Shown piece by piece: positions 25,603-27,619 of a stretch of DNA of 27,619 nt (its first letter is position 1; the number at the start of each line of letters is the position of its first letter). The stretch comes from a virus (taxonomy: Duplodnaviria; Caudoviricetes). Below the pieces are notes generated by a model. It saw nothing but the letters and a program-made list of their open reading frames with translations. It made no database searches and was not told the DNA's origin. The DNA is taken from positions 1 to 27,619 of the IMG/VR virus record IMGVR_UViG_3300033149_004544. One strand, 5' to 3'. A program made the position numbers and the translations under genes.

Positions 25603-25781
25603 CTCAGGTCTCCCTTTCTCACTCGTGGATTCTTCCCCGCCTTGTCCTTTGCAATCCAGAACCGACGGGCCTCGAACGGATTCTCGAATCGTTTCATCTT
25701 CCGAGTATCTCGGCAATCGTATTCGATCACAACTGCCGGGCATCGACCGCTGATCGGCTGAGTTTTTGTTTTCATCATCAT
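25599..25781 (-). CDS. Hypothetical protein
   Basis: 60-aa ORF with ATGA overlap with the AAA start. Confidence 0.7.
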   Translation of the reverse strand: MMMKTKTQPISGRCPAVVIEYDCRDTRKMKRFENPFEARRFWIAKDKAGKNPRVRKGDLR

Positions 25782-25784
25782 CTT

Positions 25785-25961
25785 CTAGACCACTCTCACT
25801 CGAATGCCGGAGTATCCATATCGTTTGGCATACCGTCGAGCGGCTTCGTAAGTCGGCGTCGGATGCCAGCCATTGGTCGTCAACATCTCTAGCTTTGGTT
25901 CGTTCTTATGCCAAATGCGGCGACGGACAGTCAATGGTCTTTGTTTTGTTTCTGTTTTCAT
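25785..25961 (-). CDS. Hypothetical protein
   Basis: GGAG RBS before MKTETKQ; colinear packing. Confidence 0.6.
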   Translation of the reverse strand: MKTETKQRPLTVRRRIWHKNEPKLEMLTTNGWHPTPTYEAARRYAKRYGYSGIRVRVV

Positions 25962-25983
25962 CTCCGAGTCTCCATCAACGAGA

Positions 25984-26442
25984 TCAGACCTCCAAACATT
26001 CGGCAAACTGCTCCAACAATCCGAACGGTCCGAAGCGCACCCACCGCTCGCTCGTCCGCTGCTTCAGCTCGATCACGAATCGTCGGAGCGTGTAGCCGCT
26101 CCTGGCTAGACGGCCGATCACTCGTAAGCGAAAGCGACGATCCGGCCAGCAGACACCGTCCGGCGTGGGCCAAGCCCTGCCGCTCCCACATTCCTCCTGC
26201 ATGATGGTGAGCATATCGGAGCAGAGTCTGGAGAACGTTTCGTTCACATCTGGAATAGCTTGCGTCGACATCTTTTCCTCCCGCTCCAACTCGGCGATCC
26301 GCCGGCGGAGTTGCTTGATCTTTTTGGTTCTAGCCTCAACTTGCTGCTCAACAGTCTTCGTCTGCTGTTGGATTTCTTTCACTCGACGCCTGACTACCAG
26401 CTTGTTCGGCTCCGGCCAGGCGTCTTTGCTGTTCCAACCCAT
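25984..26442 (-). CDS. Hypothetical protein with N-terminal coiled coil
   Basis: 152-aa ORF, GGGAG RBS; possible internal start at MSTQAIP. Confidence 0.7.
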   Translation of the reverse strand: MGWNSKDAWPEPNKLVVRRRVKEIQQQTKTVEQQVEARTKKIKQLRRRIAELEREEKMSTQAIPDVNETFSRLCSDMLTIMQEECGSGRAWPTPDGVCWPDRRFRLRVIGRLARSGYTLRRFVIELKQRTSERWVRFGPFGLLEQFAECLEV

Positions 26443-26455
26443 CGTTACTTCTCCC

Positions 26456-26713
26456 TTACCGACTTTTCACAACTTCATTGGTCTGCAACGAATCCAACAA
26501 AGCATCGGACAAATCGGCGAGCCACTTCGCATCTCGCATGATCTGTCCAGATGGATCTCCTTCCTCTGCCTCCATGCTGAGGAACATAGACATGTCGTCA
26601 AAATCTTTGCAAAGCAATGTCAGTTCCTTCTCCCACCGACCATCACTACAGATAGCTTTGTACCCCCGGATGAATAGGCGGGCTACGTCCTTTGGTGTCT
26701 TAGTCCTCTTCAT
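26456..26713 (-). CDS. Hypothetical protein
   Basis: 85-aa ORF with GGGAG RBS. Confidence 0.7.
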   Translation of the reverse strand: MKRTKTPKDVARLFIRGYKAICSDGRWEKELTLLCKDFDDMSMFLSMEAEEGDPSGQIMRDAKWLADLSDALLDSLQTNEVVKSR

Positions 26714-26751
26714 CTTCTTCAGATCTCCCTTCCACTGCTTTCGTTCGGCCT

Positions 26752-26817
26752 GCCATCATCGGGCCGTGGTCTGCCATACCACAGCGACGCCCCGGAGTTG
26801 CTCCGGGGCGTTTCGGC
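26752..26817 (-). ncRNA. Type II hammerhead ribozyme (variant core)
   Basis: GCC-GAAA-stem III (CGCCCCGGAG/CUCCGGGGCG)-GUC-stem I (GCUGUGGU/ACCACGGC)-CCGAUGA-U-GGC. Confidence 0.8.
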
Positions 26818-26827
26818 TCGTCGTAAC

Positions 26828-27226
26828 TCAGGCTTCGGACTCAGCGTTTTCGGCATCTTCGGCCATCAGCTTCTCAAGCTGCTCCCGTAGCTTGGCAATC
26901 TTCGCTTGCTTCTTCGCTCTGATGGCCGCCTCCCTCTCTCGCCTCGTCCCGTCTCTCTGGATACGTCGGGCCTCTCGCTCGGCCGCCTTGTACGCCCGCT
27001 CGGCCTCCTTCCACATTCGTCTGGCCGAACCTTCGAGTCCAAGGATCTCCAAGGCTTCGGCTGCTACCTCCAACTTGTGCTTGACATCATCACCCTTCGC
27101 CAAGTGCTCAGCCGCTTCCGGCTTAAGCGTTGCCGGATCCAATGGCTTCTTCTCGACCTTGGGCTTCTTGACCTTGGGCTTCCCGGCCGCCACATCTACG
27201 CTACCTTCACTCTTCTGACCTTTCAT
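26828..27226 (-). CDS. Lys/Ala/Glu-rich coiled-coil hypothetical protein
   Basis: GAGGAG RBS before MKGQKSE. Confidence 0.75.
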   Translation of the reverse strand: MKGQKSEGSVDVAAGKPKVKKPKVEKKPLDPATLKPEAAEHLAKGDDVKHKLEVAAEALEILGLEGSARRMWKEAERAYKAAEREARRIQRDGTRREREAAIRAKKQAKIAKLREQLEKLMAEDAENAESEA

Positions 27227-27305
27227 CTCTACTCTCCTCATGCTTGAGAAACACAAAACCGTGAACCGTGAAATGCTACTTCGACACCTCTTCGTTTTGG
27301 CGTGG

Positions 27306-27467
27306 TTAGTCAATCTGTCTGACTTCGATATGGCTGTCTGGAACGAAATCGGGGGTCTCTAACAGTTCGAGAACGGTGTTTCCAACAGCAATCTCTTCGT
27401 TTGGAGCAAAGCGTTTGAGCCAGCGTTCATCAACTGCAAGCTCCAACATGATTTTGAAAGTTGTCAT
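27306..27467 (-). CDS. Hypothetical protein
   Basis: GGAG RBS before MTTFKIML. Confidence 0.65.
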   Translation of the reverse strand: MTTFKIMLELAVDERWLKRFAPNEEIAVGNTVLELLETPDFVPDSHIEVRQID

Positions 27468-27502
27468 GGTCTTCTCCAAGATTGGACTCCTTCTAGCCGC
27501 TT

Positions 27503-27619
27503 TTAGTGAGCCTCCGCTGCATGAATGCAGCGATACAGTTGATCGACAGTCGTACAACCCTCAGCTAGTGTGCAACCGTCGATATAGAGCTTGCCGCCTA
27601 CTGACTCGGGCAACGTCAG
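27503..27619 (-). CDS. 3' end of a gene running off the window (leucine-rich-repeat-like unit)
   Basis: Hand translation LTLPESVGGKLYIDGCTLAEGCTTVDQLYRCIHAAEAH-stop. Confidence 0.55.
   Translation of the reverse strand: MTLPESVGGKLYIDGCTLAEGCTTVDQLYRCIHAAEAH

Noticed and set aside
158-27247. Numerous plus-strand ORFs in the supplied track
   Set aside because: All lie antisense to well-supported minus-strand genes and have no recognisable motifs; treated as shadow ORFs.
1-27619. Integrase, transposase or structural virion genes
   Set aside because: None are recognisable in this window, so prophage versus free phage cannot be decided here.

Overview
Early/replication region of a dsDNA phage or prophage, with every credible gene on the minus strand. 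The host is probably a planctomycete, inferred from the CsrA sequence and the DUF1257/DUF2997/AAA cassette. In transcription order (right to left) it holds small early genes containing a hammerhead ribozyme, an AAA ATPase-DUF3150-DUF1257-DUF2997 cassette, a sigma-like factor, a SNF2 helicase, an RHH protein and a primase. Next come a structured RNA leader and terminator, a replication initiator with internal iterons, a DnaB-like helicase, and a tRNA-like element followed by a second structured RNA. A 7-deazaguanine DNA-modification cluster follows (QueD, ArcS-like, QueC, a Cys-less QueD paralog, QueE, PRTase-FolE fusion, DpdA-like). The left end has CsrA, a beta clamp, a split family-A polymerase (UDG-exonuclease gene plus polymerase gene), a helicase-methyltransferase pair, a clamp loader, a UvsY-like protein and a gp32-like SSB broken by a 31-bp duplication. 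The most unusual points are the extra or altered enzymes of the deazaguanine cluster, an AAA+ domain with Walker B before Walker A, an apparently circularly permuted DpdA, and several unannotated structured RNAs. All family assignments come from motif recognition by eye; no database searches or folding programs were run.
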